DNA from: an uncultured delta proteobacterium
Lineage (GTDB): Bacteria; Desulfobacterota; Binatia; UBA9968
Assembly: GCA_963745835.1 (NCBI GenBank)
Contig: CAVUZH010000003.1
Location: forward strand, 1,216,001-1,280,000
Length of the DNA: 64,000 nt
Direction of reading: 5' to 3'
In this document: piece after piece, positions 1 through 10,178 of the stretch
Numbering within the stretch: the first letter of the stretch is position 1
How the letters are laid out: each line of letters opens with the position of its first letter
The notes under the pieces: model-generated
Told to the model about the DNA's origin: nothing
The model's input: only the letters and a program-made list of their open reading frames with translations
Database searches by the model: none
Position numbers and translations under genes: made by a program

Positions 1-399
1 TTGCGGGCCGAGATTTGGGTGCATCACTTCTTTTGGAAATGATTTTGCCGACGGCGAATCGTATTTCGCCAGCGCCCCTTCGTTGAACATGAACTCCATC
101 GGCGCGGTATTGGTCAGCACCACATCGTAGAGCGGCTTGCCGGTGCGCATCTCGTTAAGCACCCGGTCCATGACCTTGGTGCTGGAGGAACGCCAGAATT
201 CGGTTTCTAGTCCGGTTTTCTTCTTGAGCGCGGCGGCGATGAGGTCCATGGTGTCGTTCTCGATGGAGCCATAGACGACAACCTTGCCGCCCTCCTTCTT
301 GGCGCCTTCGACCAGCTTAGCATCCTGACCATAGAGCGAGCCCGGCAGAGCGAACAGCGCCGCCAGCCAAATCATAGAGAAGATTTTCACCGTCGGCAT
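1..399 (-). CDS. ABC transporter extracellular solute-binding protein (Fe3+/thiamine-type), 3' end outside window
   Basis: Manual translation MPTVKIFSMIWLAALFALPGSLYGQDAKLVEGAKKEGGKVVVYGSIE...; signal peptide, AKKEG-VVVY motif, GAGGAGG RBS upstream. Confidence 0.85.
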   Translation of the reverse strand, partial: MPTVKIFSMIWLAALFALPGSLYGQDAKLVEGAKKEGGKVVVYGSIENDTMDLIAAALKKKTGLETEFWRSSSTKVMDRVLNEMRTGKPLYDVVLTNTAPMEFMFNEGALAKYDSPSAKSFPKEVMHPNLGPQ

Positions 400-502
400 A
401 AGCGAACCCTCCTCGGTTACATGCAATGTTTCCTCAATATCTAAATGGTCGGCGGATGTCTATTTGTTTCTAACAGGGCCATTTGGTAACTTTATCCAGA
501 CG

Positions 503-1621
503 ATGACTGGACAACAAAAGCTCAAGAAGATCCGCGAAGAGCTGCGGCAAACTTTTCTCGAGCGGCTCGATTTGATCGATGGGGCGCTCGCCGCGCTGCT
601 CTCTTCCCATCACTTATTGATCATCGGACCGCCCGGCACCGCCAAGTCCATGCTTGCCGATGAGCTATGTCGCCGCATCGAAGGCGGCAGGTATTTTCAA
701 TGGCTGCTTACCCGTTTTACCACTCCGGAGGAAATCTTTGGAGCGGTCAGTTTAAAGGCGCTGGAACAGGATGATTACCGGCGAGTCACCAGTGATAAAC
801 TCCCCGAAGCCCAGATCGCCTTTCTCGATGAAATCTTTAAAGCCAACTCATCGATTCTGAATTCGATTCTCACCCTGCTCAACGAGCGGCTCTTTCACAA
901 TGGCAAAACCGTCGCTCGGGTGCCATTGCTGACGCTGTTCGGCGCCAGCAATGAGCTGCCCGAAGAAGAAGAGCTCACCGCGCTCTACGATCGCTTTCTG
1001 CTGCGCTTCGTGGTCGATTATATCGCCGAGGATTTTCGCTTTTTGCGCATGCTGGAATCCCAGAAACAGCCCGAACGGACAACTCTCAGCTTGGCCGAGC
1101 TCGAGGACCTTCAGAATCAGGTAAAGGCGGTATTGATTCCATCGCACGTTTATCGCGGCATCGCCGATATCCGGCGCGAATTGAACAAGAAAAATATTGT
1201 CGCCTCCGACCGCCGCTATCGTCAGTCTCTGACATTGCTTCAGGCGCATGCGTTTTTGGAGGGCGAAAAGGAAGTCGCGGAAAAAGATCTATTTTTTCTT
1301 GAGCATGTTTTATGGCGCGACCCCGCCGAGCACGAGCAGGTGCGCACCACGATTCGCGATTTGATCCTGGGATACGAGGAAGAGATTTCCGAACTGCTCT
1401 ACGAGTCGCGCGAGATCCGCGATTCCGCCACTCGTCCATGGGCCACCAGCGATGAGAAAGCGCGCGCGCTCATCGAATTTCACACCAAGCTACGCAACAT
1501 TCTCGCTAAGGTCGATCAGATCGTCGACAAGGCCAAGCGCTTGGGGCGTCCGGTGGAACGAGTCAACACCGTGCGGAGTGAAATCGAGCAGTTACAGAAA
1601 CAGATGCTGGAGCAGTTCTGA
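503..1621 (+). CDS. ravA: MoxR-family AAA+ ATPase, RavA-like
   Basis: Walker A GPPGTAKS, Walker B FLDEIFKA, GASNELP, ALYDRF and SDRR motifs of the RavA subfamily; stop overlaps next start (TGATG). Confidence 0.9.
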   Translation: MTGQQKLKKIREELRQTFLERLDLIDGALAALLSSHHLLIIGPPGTAKSMLADELCRRIEGGRYFQWLLTRFTTPEEIFGAVSLKALEQDDYRRVTSDKLPEAQIAFLDEIFKANSSILNSILTLLNERLFHNGKTVARVPLLTLFGASNELPEEEELTALYDRFLLRFVVDYIAEDFRFLRMLESQKQPERTTLSLAELEDLQNQVKAVLIPSHVYRGIADIRRELNKKNIVASDRRYRQSLTLLQAHAFLEGEKEVAEKDLFFLEHVLWRDPAEHEQVRTTIRDLILGYEEEISELLYESREIRDSATRPWATSDEKARALIEFHTKLRNILAKVDQIVDKAKRLGRPVERVNTVRSEIEQLQKQMLEQF

Positions 1622-3195
1622 TGCCTCCGCGAAGAGCAAAAAAGACACCGATCAAACGGGTCTTTCAACCTCTGCCACAAAATACCTTCTGGATTGACAG
1701 CGATGCCTACGACCGGCGCGCTTACGGCCAGCTCCGCTCCGATTCGCCATCGCTGCGAATCTTAGAAGAACAGGGCAGCACTCTCCTGCCCCACTTCGGT
1801 TCCTTACTTCAGGATGTTTTTTCGCTGTTATTCAAGGCCAATATCATCTATCACAAGGAGGCCGAAGTTCTTCCCAGCGCTCTACTTAACGAGAGATTTC
1901 TCAAAGCCATCGGACAAGGGAGCCAATACGACTTCCTGCGCGAGCAAACTCTACTGAACGAGGCCCGCGCCGGGCTCTCGACCTTGTTGCTAGGCGAGCG
2001 TCTGCTAGCGCAGATACGCGAGGAGAAATTTCTCAACCGGCGCGATTTGCGCGATCTCTGGGACATTCAGAAACAGGAAGAGATTCTCAATCAAAAGCGC
2101 GACGAGTACGAAAACGCCGACACGATCCCGGAAGAGAATCTCTCCCAAGACGGGAAAAAGGCCTTGGATAAAGCCAAAGAGCGCATGGGCGGGGAGGTTC
2201 AAGGCGCCGAAGCATCGTTGCGGCACAAAACCGCCCAACTCAAAGAAGACCTGAAGCAAATCGATGCGCAGGCAACCAATCGGATGCAGGCCGAAGCGAT
2301 CAAAGTCGCTCAACAGTTGGAGGACGCCACCGAAGAAGCCGAAACATGGGGAACGACACTCGGCACCGGGCAGAAGTCGCCGCCCGGTCAAAAGCTCGAA
2401 CTGGGAAGGCGTCTCGCCGGAAACGAGAAGCTTAAAAAGCTGGCGCGCCTGGTGGGCCGGATGAAGTTTCATGCCATGGCACTGCGCAAGAAGGCTTTCG
2501 AACGCTCCAACGAAGAAGTGCTCGAAGTCGAACGCGGCGATTCGATTCACCGTCTGCTGCCGCACGAGATGTTAACCTTGCATCATCCCACCCTGCGCAA
2601 AGATTTTTTGCGCCGTTATCTTGACCAGGAACTGATTCAGTACTCGCTGCGCGGCGTCGAAGAAAAAGGCAAAGGTCCGATGATCGTCTGTCTAGACGGC
2701 AGCTCGTCCATGGCGGGCGATAAGGAAATCTGGTCCAAAGCCGTTACTCTCACCTTGCTTGAGATAGCAAGACGCCAGCGCAGACTCTTCCGATCGATTT
2801 GCTTCTCTTCTGAAGAGACGCCCTTGCAAATTCTCGATATGAATTCCAGGGATCGTTACCAGATCGAGACCAAGATCGTAATGGATCTTGCGGAATATTT
2901 TCCGGGCGGCGGGACCGACTTCCAACGACCTTTGGACGCGGCGCTGGAGTGCTTGAAGCATGCTCGCTTCAAAAAAGGCGATGTTGTCTTTATCACTGAC
3001 GGCGAATGTCAAGTGGCGCCGGAATGGGCGGAGGAATTCCGAAAAGAAAAGGAGCGCTTGGGCTTTTCGCTTTTTTCGATCCTGATCGACGTCGGCTCCG
3101 CATCTCTCGGCACCCTCACCGAATTCAGCGATCGCATCACCACAATCAAGCAACTGACGGGGGACGAAGCCAAAGATATTTTTGTGAAGTTTTAG
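1621..3195 (+). CDS. viaA: VWA-domain protein, ViaA-like partner of the MoxR ATPase
   Basis: C-terminal MIDAS DGSSS, GGGTDF and FITDG motifs; coiled-coil N-terminus; translationally coupled to the ATPase. Confidence 0.88.
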   Translation: MPPRRAKKTPIKRVFQPLPQNTFWIDSDAYDRRAYGQLRSDSPSLRILEEQGSTLLPHFGSLLQDVFSLLFKANIIYHKEAEVLPSALLNERFLKAIGQGSQYDFLREQTLLNEARAGLSTLLLGERLLAQIREEKFLNRRDLRDLWDIQKQEEILNQKRDEYENADTIPEENLSQDGKKALDKAKERMGGEVQGAEASLRHKTAQLKEDLKQIDAQATNRMQAEAIKVAQQLEDATEEAETWGTTLGTGQKSPPGQKLELGRRLAGNEKLKKLARLVGRMKFHAMALRKKAFERSNEEVLEVERGDSIHRLLPHEMLTLHHPTLRKDFLRRYLDQELIQYSLRGVEEKGKGPMIVCLDGSSSMAGDKEIWSKAVTLTLLEIARRQRRLFRSICFSSEETPLQILDMNSRDRYQIETKIVMDLAEYFPGGGTDFQRPLDAALECLKHARFKKGDVVFITDGECQVAPEWAEEFRKEKERLGFSLFSILIDVGSASLGTLTEFSDRITTIKQLTGDEAKDIFVKF

Positions 3196-3206
3196 GGGCT
3201 CGTGCC

Positions 3207-3761
3207 ATGGCCAGCCAATTTTCGCTCAGCATGGAAGCTTTCCTGGACGGCATCAACGACGTTCTCGGGCGCGGATTTACCACCGAGGACATTCATGCTC
3301 ATCTGCAGAGAACGCTGATCGAGCCGGATTCCCTGCAGCGCTACATCTTTTTTCGTCCGGAGCGCTACACCCGTAATCTAGTCTTCAAAAACGAGTTCTT
3401 TGAGTTGCTGGTTATTTGCTGGAACATCGGCCAGCGGGCGCCGGTCCACGGCCATGAAGGCGAGCGTTGCTGGAGCCGGGTCGAGCAAGGCAGCCTGTTA
3501 TTGTGCAACTATCGCGAATTTTCCGAGAACCCATTAGTGGTGCGGCAAATTGGCGAACCTTATCGCGGCGAGCGCGGTCATCTCGACGGCCCGGCCGATA
3601 TTCACAGCGTCGCGAATCCGTCAATGGTGCCCGCGGTTAGCCTGCACCTCTATTCTCATCCCTACGATCAATGCGATATTTATGATCTTGAGAACAATCT
3701 AAAGCAGCGCGTCCGGCTACGTTACGACAGCATTGACGGCAAGGTTGTCGAACCGTTCTAG
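3207..3761 (+). CDS. Cysteine dioxygenase-family cupin
   Basis: RYTRNLV, PVHGH, IHSVAN and SLHLYS motifs; ATG 11 bp after the VWA stop. Confidence 0.88.
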   Translation: MASQFSLSMEAFLDGINDVLGRGFTTEDIHAHLQRTLIEPDSLQRYIFFRPERYTRNLVFKNEFFELLVICWNIGQRAPVHGHEGERCWSRVEQGSLLLCNYREFSENPLVVRQIGEPYRGERGHLDGPADIHSVANPSMVPAVSLHLYSHPYDQCDIYDLENNLKQRVRLRYDSIDGKVVEPF

Positions 3762-4150
3762 ATCGCCGAGCCGCCAACGTTTGAATGCGGCATTCTCCGG
3801 CGGAGCACGAATTGCTCCTGCGGTGAAATCAATCAGACCCACTGCCCAAGCCGCCATTAACTACAACCAAAACGCGGTAGGAACCCAACTCTGCGGTCGA
3901 TTTGCGACCCAACCCGCACGCCTCGATCATTCGCCGATTTGCCAATTGCATTCGACGGCTGGTCTTGGCGACACATACACTCTCGATAGTGACACTCACG
4001 TCCGGCGCATACGCAAGTGCACATGTTGCGTCAGTGATTATGCAATTGCGCAAGTCTTGTAAATGGGACAATGCAATCTCTCAAAGAGCATGATTCGGAC
4101 GTGCTGACGGGCATACCCTATTATAGGAATACCATTTCGCGCCTACTCTC

Positions 4151-4166
4151 TGGCACCTGCTTTGCT
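4151..4166 (+). promoter_or_regulatory. Sigma-54 -24/-12 promoter
   Basis: TGGCACCTGCTTTGCT, exact GG-N10-GC spacing, upstream of the hemerythrin gene. Confidence 0.7.
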
Positions 4167-4201
4167 CGGAGCAGCGGTATTCCAGTCATATGGAGGTGGA
4201 G

Positions 4202-4654
4202 ATGAACGTTTTAGATCTACTTACCCAGGATCATCAGAAGGTAAGGCAGCTCTTCGAGCAGGTGCAACAGATTCGTGATAATGACGAAAAAAAAGAGCTG
4301 TTTGATCAGATCGACACCGAATTAGCTGTCCACGCTGAGATTGAAGAGACGATTTTCTATCCAGCCTTAGAGGAACACGACGAATTGAAAGACATGGTGC
4401 GGGAGTCGCGCGAGGAGCACGAGCAGGTTGAGCAGCTACTTCTAGAAATAGAGGATCTAGCGACAGAGGACACTGATTTCACTTCCCAGCTCGCGCAATT
4501 GGAGAAGACCGTTGAGCATCACGTTGCTGAGGAAGAAGAGGAGATGTTCCCCAAGGTCCGTGAGATCTTCGATAAGGCCGCCCTTGAGCGACTGGGCAAA
4601 GAGCTCGAATCGGCTAAGGGAAACCAGATGAATCCGGGGAAACAGATTGCCTGA
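4202..4654 (+). CDS. Hemerythrin HHE cation-binding domain protein
   Basis: DH...HAEIEE..FYP...EH...HHVAEEEEEMFP pattern; GGAGG RBS (alternative start 4190). Confidence 0.88.
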   Translation: MNVLDLLTQDHQKVRQLFEQVQQIRDNDEKKELFDQIDTELAVHAEIEETIFYPALEEHDELKDMVRESREEHEQVEQLLLEIEDLATEDTDFTSQLAQLEKTVEHHVAEEEEEMFPKVREIFDKAALERLGKELESAKGNQMNPGKQIA

Positions 4655-4774
4655 GATAGTTGTGATTGTAGGTTCACCGCTGTTCGGTTCACTATCCGCA
4701 CCACTCCTGCAAAACATTTCTCTCAGGTTCGGGTGCAGATTGAGTGACGGTGTTCCTTCGAGTGGAATATAGAT

Positions 4775-5140
4775 ATGGCTCGAAGCGTTTTGCTAGTTGA
4801 AGATAGCTCACCTGCGCGGCGAAATATTGCTACATTTCTCGAGCGCGCCGGTTACCAAGTGGCTCAGGCAGATACAGGAGAAGATGCCGTTCGTTTGATT
4901 GAAGCCAGCGGCAATTTCGACGTGGTCGTAAGCGATCTGCGCATGCCGGGGATGATTAATGGTCTAGACGTTCTATCCTTTCAAAATCGCATCACTCCCC
5001 ACGCAGGGTCGATTCTGATGACCGCCTTCGGCTCGGATCAGATAAGAGATCAGACAAGACGGCTCGGCGCGGCTTATATCGAAAAGCCCGTCAAATTGAA
5101 TTCACTTCTGCTGGAGATTGAAAAACACACCCGCCGTTAG
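4775..5140 (+). CDS. Single-domain response regulator (receiver)
   Basis: LLVED, phospho-acceptor SDLRMP, MTAFG and KP motifs. Confidence 0.9.
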   Translation: MARSVLLVEDSSPARRNIATFLERAGYQVAQADTGEDAVRLIEASGNFDVVVSDLRMPGMINGLDVLSFQNRITPHAGSILMTAFGSDQIRDQTRRLGAAYIEKPVKLNSLLLEIEKHTRR

Positions 5141-5194
5141 CCCGTAATTCATCGGGACAACGCGGACGTTAAGAATCGCCTTGGAGTCGCATCA

Positions 5195-6298
5195 TTGACG
5201 CTTGACGAAGTCAAACTGATCACCGAACTCTTACCGGACGCTTTCATTTTGCTCTCCGAGTCGGGGTCGATTCTAACCGCCAACCCGGCAGCCCATGAGT
5301 TGTTTCGTACGGATCATCTTGTCGGTCTGGCGTTGGCTGATCTAATAACCGATCCGCCGTCAAAGGTTAGCGATTGCTTAGACCATTGGAGCTCCAGCCG
5401 GAGAATGATCGCCAATTCATTCAACTTGCAGTCAGACGGCACAGGTGTTCCAGTTCGCTGTGAGGGCGGCCTTCTTCAAGCTGGAAACACAAACAACTCT
5501 GCTCTGATTCTGGCTCGCTGCAGCCGTGAGAACGACGCCCCGGCCGCCGAGATAGTCGATCAGTTAAAAACAGAGATAGAGTTGTTGCAAAGGCAGCTGG
5601 TCCAACAAAAGGCTCAAGATAGCCAACAGATAGCTGTTCTGCGCACTGCCGCCGCTGTTTTTGCGCACGAGATCGCCAATCCTTTAAATGCGGTGTCCAC
5701 CTGTATGCAAATTCTCCAAACGGAGAGTGAGCGCCACGATGATCGGAATTCAGTTGTTCAGGAGATGATCGAAAGCGCAGCTATCGAGATCGAAAGGCTG
5801 ACGAGACTGCTAAACGACTTCCGCTCCTTCGCCCGGCCTCAAACCATCGATTTCAGACCGACCCAGATAAAGAAAGTTATCGAAGAAGCCCTCGCCTTGT
5901 ATACAGCCGCCCTGAGCGCCAGGGGCATTGCTGTTGATCTTTATCTACAAACGTTGCCGCCACTGATGCTTGATAGCGACAAAATGAGAGAAGCTATCTT
6001 AAACGTATTGAAGAATGCTGAAGAAGCGATGCCCGGCGGCGGGCGCCTGACGATAACGGGCCATGTGCGGGAGGAGGAAAACGTCGCGGCTGTGGAAGTC
6101 AGTGACACCGGGATTGGCGTGCCCGCGGGAGTTGACGTTTTTCAACTGTTTATGACGACCAAGCCCGGCGCATCCGGCTTAGGTTTACCGATCGCAGCTC
6201 AGATCATTGCGGCACATGGCGGGCGTATACAACGAATCGCAGAACGGGCGCCGGGAACAACCTTCGAGATCTTGCTACCGCTTTCACGAGCTTCATAA
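5195..6298 (+). CDS. PAS-domain sensor histidine kinase
   Basis: N-terminal PAS (ANPAA), H-box AHEIANPL, N-box NVLKNA, DTGIG and GLGL boxes. Confidence 0.9.
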   Translation: MTLDEVKLITELLPDAFILLSESGSILTANPAAHELFRTDHLVGLALADLITDPPSKVSDCLDHWSSSRRMIANSFNLQSDGTGVPVRCEGGLLQAGNTNNSALILARCSRENDAPAAEIVDQLKTEIELLQRQLVQQKAQDSQQIAVLRTAAAVFAHEIANPLNAVSTCMQILQTESERHDDRNSVVQEMIESAAIEIERLTRLLNDFRSFARPQTIDFRPTQIKKVIEEALALYTAALSARGIAVDLYLQTLPPLMLDSDKMREAILNVLKNAEEAMPGGGRLTITGHVREEENVAAVEVSDTGIGVPAGVDVFQLFMTTKPGASGLGLPIAAQIIAAHGGRIQRIAERAPGTTFEILLPLSRAS

Positions 6299-6463
6299 AC
6301 CTTCTTCATTCCATGTGTCGATAGAATCCGAATAGTCTAGCATATTAACGCTACTCTAACCTGACTACTTATTTTAGAACTAAGTCTTAGGCTTGCGACA
6401 GCTGCTTCGAGCCATCTGTCTAGACTTTGGAACGAAGGCGGGCGTCGAACCGCATTCAGTGCG

Positions 6464-6479
6464 TGGCACCGGCATTGCT
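6464..6479 (+). promoter_or_regulatory. Sigma-54 -24/-12 promoter
   Basis: TGGCACCGGCATTGCT, GG-N10-GC, upstream of the SRPBCC gene. Confidence 0.65.
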
Positions 6480-6496
6480 CTTTGTCGCTCGTGGCA

Positions 6497-6940
6497 ATGA
6501 AGATCATACTTAAAGCCATCGAAGTGGATTCTCCGGTCCATCAGGTCTACAGCCAGTGGACCCGATTTGAAGATTTCCCGCACTTCATGCAGGGCGTCAA
6601 GAAGGTGATCCTGCTCGATGATCAGAGGCTTCACTGGGAGACAGAGTTCACTGGCACTACAAAGGAATGGTTCGCAACCATCACAGATCTAACCCCGGAT
6701 CAGCGAATCGCGTGGGAAAGCGAGGATGGCGAATACGTTGCAGGGATCGTCACCTTCGAGCCTATTGGAACAAGCCGCACCAGACTGAATCTCAAACTGT
6801 TCTACGATAGCAAAGGTTCCCGGCGAGCGGAGGAAAGGTTTCTTTCGTCTGCCGGCGATCGCATCGAGAAGGACCTGGAGAGGTTTAGAAAATTTATTGA
6901 GAAGCAGGATACTGTGAACAATGCCGCAGGGGGTCAGTAA
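6497..6940 (+). CDS. SRPBCC / polyketide cyclase family protein
   Basis: IEVDSPVHQVYSQWTRFEDFPHFMQGV...PDQRIAWES...DLERFRKFIE signature. Confidence 0.88.
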   Translation: MKIILKAIEVDSPVHQVYSQWTRFEDFPHFMQGVKKVILLDDQRLHWETEFTGTTKEWFATITDLTPDQRIAWESEDGEYVAGIVTFEPIGTSRTRLNLKLFYDSKGSRRAEERFLSSAGDRIEKDLERFRKFIEKQDTVNNAAGGQ

Positions 6941-7158
6941 TGAAGTTCAAAGGCGGCATCTCTAAACCAGCAGGCCGTAAGCTTCTCCACCGACCGGACC
7001 CTGGACCCGGTCCAATTCCCGATCCCGATTCACCACAGCCACCACCCCACCCGTTCCCTACTCCACCGATCCCTCCTGAGCCGCCAGTTTCAAGCTTAGT
7101 TCGCTCAACCTCCCGCGGAGAGTTCTATATCACTCGCTGGCATATGCGTTGCTTTTAG
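6940..7158 (+). CDS. Small proline-rich protein
   Basis: TAATG coupling to the upstream gene; PDPGPGPIPDPDSPQPPPHPFPTPPIPPEPP tract. Confidence 0.4.
   Translation: MKFKGGISKPAGRKLLHRPDPGPGPIPDPDSPQPPPHPFPTPPIPPEPPVSSLVRSTSRGEFYITRWHMRCF
7138..7153 (+). promoter_or_regulatory. Sigma-54 -24/-12 promoter
   Basis: TGGCATATGCGTTGCT, GG-N10-GC, upstream of the lipoprotein gene. Confidence 0.68.
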
Positions 7159-7201
7159 TAGAGCAAGCGTAACGGTGAGACCCGAGGGAGAGGAGGAAAT
7201 C

Positions 7202-7471
7202 ATGAGAAAAGGGATTTCATTGGGCACAGCGATCATTCTGGCGGGATTTCTTGGGATTACATTGCCGGGTTGCTCGGATGATAAAAATACATCAGGAACC
7301 GGAGGAGACGCGGCAAAGAGCAGCGGCGGCGCTACAGGTTCCAAATCGAGTCCAGGGGGTGGTTCCAGCGCGAGTGGAACAGGGTCAGGAACTACCGGAC
7401 CCGGAAGCAGTGGATCAGCGGGAAGCAGCTCTGGAGGTAGCGGAACAGGCTCTGGGGGAAGTGGATCATAG
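7202..7471 (+). CDS. Small Gly/Ser-rich lipoprotein
   Basis: GAGGAGG RBS, signal peptide with lipobox LPGC, disordered G/S/T tail. Confidence 0.75.
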   Translation: MRKGISLGTAIILAGFLGITLPGCSDDKNTSGTGGDAAKSSGGATGSKSSPGGGSSASGTGSGTTGPGSSGSAGSSSGGSGTGSGGSGS

Positions 7472-8121
7472 ACTAGCTCTGCAAGATAGCAGGTCGAGCC
7501 GTTGCGCTATTATCCATAAATTTTTGAGCCGCGCATTTCATATATGGGACTACAGGAGTTAGCGCGGCTTGGCGAAGTGTCGCACATTCAACACGGTGCG
7601 CTCTAACGCAGACCGAAGCCGATCAGATTTTCAAGTCGAGCTTGGGAACTATCAACAACCACTCGACCAGGCGATCTCCGCCGAAAATGCTTGCGTAGGC
7701 TCCGGTAACTCCCAACGGGAAGAACAGCCATGTAAGAAGCCAGGCCTGCCAAGTGGCTTCATAGCCGATCCAACCAAGCAGATAAGGAACCGCGGCGACC
7801 TCCAGGCAGATGCCGCTGCTAAAAGTTAAAAGATCTCTTTTCCACTTACTGGACTGGAGACGTATTGCTTCTGAGTCGCGAAGGCACAGAAAAAAACCCT
7901 GTAGCAAACCTGGTTCGGAACGCTTCATCTTTGTGGAACCTTTCAACGATATTTGCGATTGGACGCCGTTGTCCGGCCGGTGGATCGCACGAGGCACAAT
8001 GTTAAGGCGCTATCGACGATAATGCAAATTCCTCGGCTAAAATCGCCGGGATTTCTTCTCTCCAGGACTTCGAAAAAAGCGTTTTGTGGCTGGATTAACC
8101 GGCGGCCGGTCCCCTAGTAGG

Positions 8122-8511
8122 TTAAGCTAGCTTCGCGCCGTGCTCAAGAAGGAGCTGTCGTAAAGCGGAGCGATGACAGCGCGCCTCGTCTTGACAGTAG
8201 CCAGCCTAACGAGAAATTCGTCTGTGATGAGAGTCCGGCCAGCAATGTGATAATGCGGCGCCGGACCGGCTGGCGCATCTCTTGCCGGTAGCGGCGCTCG
8301 AATAGAGACCAGCGCTTCGGGATGAACGGCTCGGAAAGAACCCAGGAAACAAGCTTGGCGCTGGGCGCCAGCTCCGCATCCAAACATCGTAATAGTCGAG
8401 CTTGGAATAATCTTCCTTGCGCACGCCTCGCGGCGGGCGCCTGACGGTGCCAATGCGTAAGCCCTCGTCTGGATTCCGGGCCGTCCCCAGCTGGACTATG
8501 CAAATTGCCAT
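8122..8511 (-). pseudogene. DUF488-family protein, two frameshifts (possibly sequencing errors)
   Basis: Three frames join: IVQLG..EGLRIGTVRRPPRGV / ELAPS..FERRYRQEM / YCQDEARCHRSALRQLL. Confidence 0.75.
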
Positions 8512-8594
8512 CGAGGAGTATTCTTGCTGGACTCCGGGGCTATTGATGCAACAAAGTCACAGGAGTTCATTTATGATGTTATCGGCACAACGGC

Positions 8595-9128
8595 TCAGCT
8601 CACGTCACGCAACCGTTTGAACAGATGCCCCAGTCCAAAAAAAATTGCCGACGGCAGCCAAACCCATTTCAATTCGCTCAGGATCACTGTGACTCCTCTG
8701 GGCGAAAAGAAAGCGCCGACTCCAATCGGTGAAACCTCTATGGGCTGGTAACGAAAAAAGTATCGTTGGTTGCTGAATGGGGCGAATAACCCGACTCCCA
8801 GGCCGCCATTTGTAAGCGCATCCAGCACCGGGTGCGATAATGTTGATAAAAAGAGAAACAGAAAAATAGTCAACGGACTGCCATGGTTCTGGAAAAATAC
8901 GAAGGCGACCAACCCCGCAAGTAGCACAGCAAAGAATATCGAATGTGTAAAGCCGCGATGCCCGAGCATATCGCCGTACTTGATCCCGAACTCAAATCCG
9001 ATAACGTCCAGATCCGGAATCACGGAGCAAAGGGCGGCAGCGATCAACAATGACGACGAAGCTGTGTCCTGTGGAAGCAGCACGGATAAGGCGATGGGTA
9101 CAGCAGGATGAGTTATGACTGTACACAT
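8595..9128 (-). CDS. Inner-membrane metal-dependent hydrolase (YdjM/YbcI-like)
   Basis: THPAV, PDLD, HRGFTHS and SHPVLDALTNGG motifs; TM segments. Confidence 0.85.
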   Translation of the reverse strand: MCTVITHPAVPIALSVLLPQDTASSSLLIAAALCSVIPDLDVIGFEFGIKYGDMLGHRGFTHSIFFAVLLAGLVAFVFFQNHGSPLTIFLFLFLSTLSHPVLDALTNGGLGVGLFAPFSNQRYFFRYQPIEVSPIGVGAFFSPRGVTVILSELKWVWLPSAIFFGLGHLFKRLRDVS

Positions 9129-9177
9129 GAGCTGATATTTGCACCAAGGCCGGGCAAAGCTCAACCCTTCATCTATG

Positions 9178-9891
9178 CTAGCTGATAACCTCGGCACTCC
9201 TGATTTGACGAAAGTCATTGGCGAACTTGGGTCCGGTGGCTTCGTCTTCGTGTTTGAAGAAAACATAGGCATGATCCCAAGCTTGCGAGCAAATCCTCTG
9301 TTTCCAGTGCAGCAGGTCGGCGCGACTATATTCTCGACGCCGCAGTCGCAAATAACCCCAAGTCGCAGTGCCGATCAAATCACAAACTTCGCCCTCATCA
9401 GTGTCGGTCACACAGAACGCGCAGTTGCGCATTCGCAGCGAGGCAAAGACCTCCTCGTCCACCCAGGATGAATCCCGGAACTCAAACGCTACATGCCGAT
9501 CAGCGGGCAGAAGTGATAGGAATGATCGCAGTCGCTCGAGGTCCTTTTTGAAATTGGGCGGAAGTTGGAAAAGAATGGCGCCCTGGCTTGATCCCAGCGC
9601 CGTTGCTACGCTAAACAGATCGTCGACTTCCACCGCGGCATCTTTAAGCCTCCGCGTATGGGTGATTCTTCGCGGTGCCTTAAGCACAAACCGGAACTCG
9701 GGCGGCACCTGCTCTGCCCACGACCGAAGAACAGTTTGCGTGGGGAGCCGGTAAAAACTATTGTTGATCTCGACAGCCGCGAACCGCGAGGCATAAAAGC
9801 GCAGCATCTCCTTGGCAGGGAAGCGCTCCGGATAAAACTTGCCACGCCATTCTTTGTAGCCGAAGCCGCTGGTGCCGACCCAGAGCCTCAC
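9178..9891 (-). CDS. DUF72-family protein
   Basis: VGTSGF, VEINNSFY, FQLPP, EFR and YLRLR motifs. Confidence 0.9.
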   Translation of the reverse strand: MRLWVGTSGFGYKEWRGKFYPERFPAKEMLRFYASRFAAVEINNSFYRLPTQTVLRSWAEQVPPEFRFVLKAPRRITHTRRLKDAAVEVDDLFSVATALGSSQGAILFQLPPNFKKDLERLRSFLSLLPADRHVAFEFRDSSWVDEEVFASLRMRNCAFCVTDTDEGEVCDLIGTATWGYLRLRRREYSRADLLHWKQRICSQAWDHAYVFFKHEDEATGPKFANDFRQIRSAEVIS

Positions 9892-10178
9892 GTGTATTCG
9901 AGCTTTCTACGATAGACGTTCAATGCGGCGAGATCGCGCATAGAGTTATTGTTATCATAGATTGGCCGCGGAGCCAGGACGGTTATTTGTTATGTGGTAG
10001 TGGCGGCAGTGAGTCGGCTAAACGAGCGTTTTAGGGGAGCGCCGAGAACTCGCCAAAGACTTTAACAGAAAAATATTTACGGAATTGCTCAACGCCTTTC
10101 GGCATCTCATTGACCTGTTTTTTTACTAATGAGAAATAGGGTAAAGAAGTGATTCGTTCCAAGAAGGCAAGGAACGAC

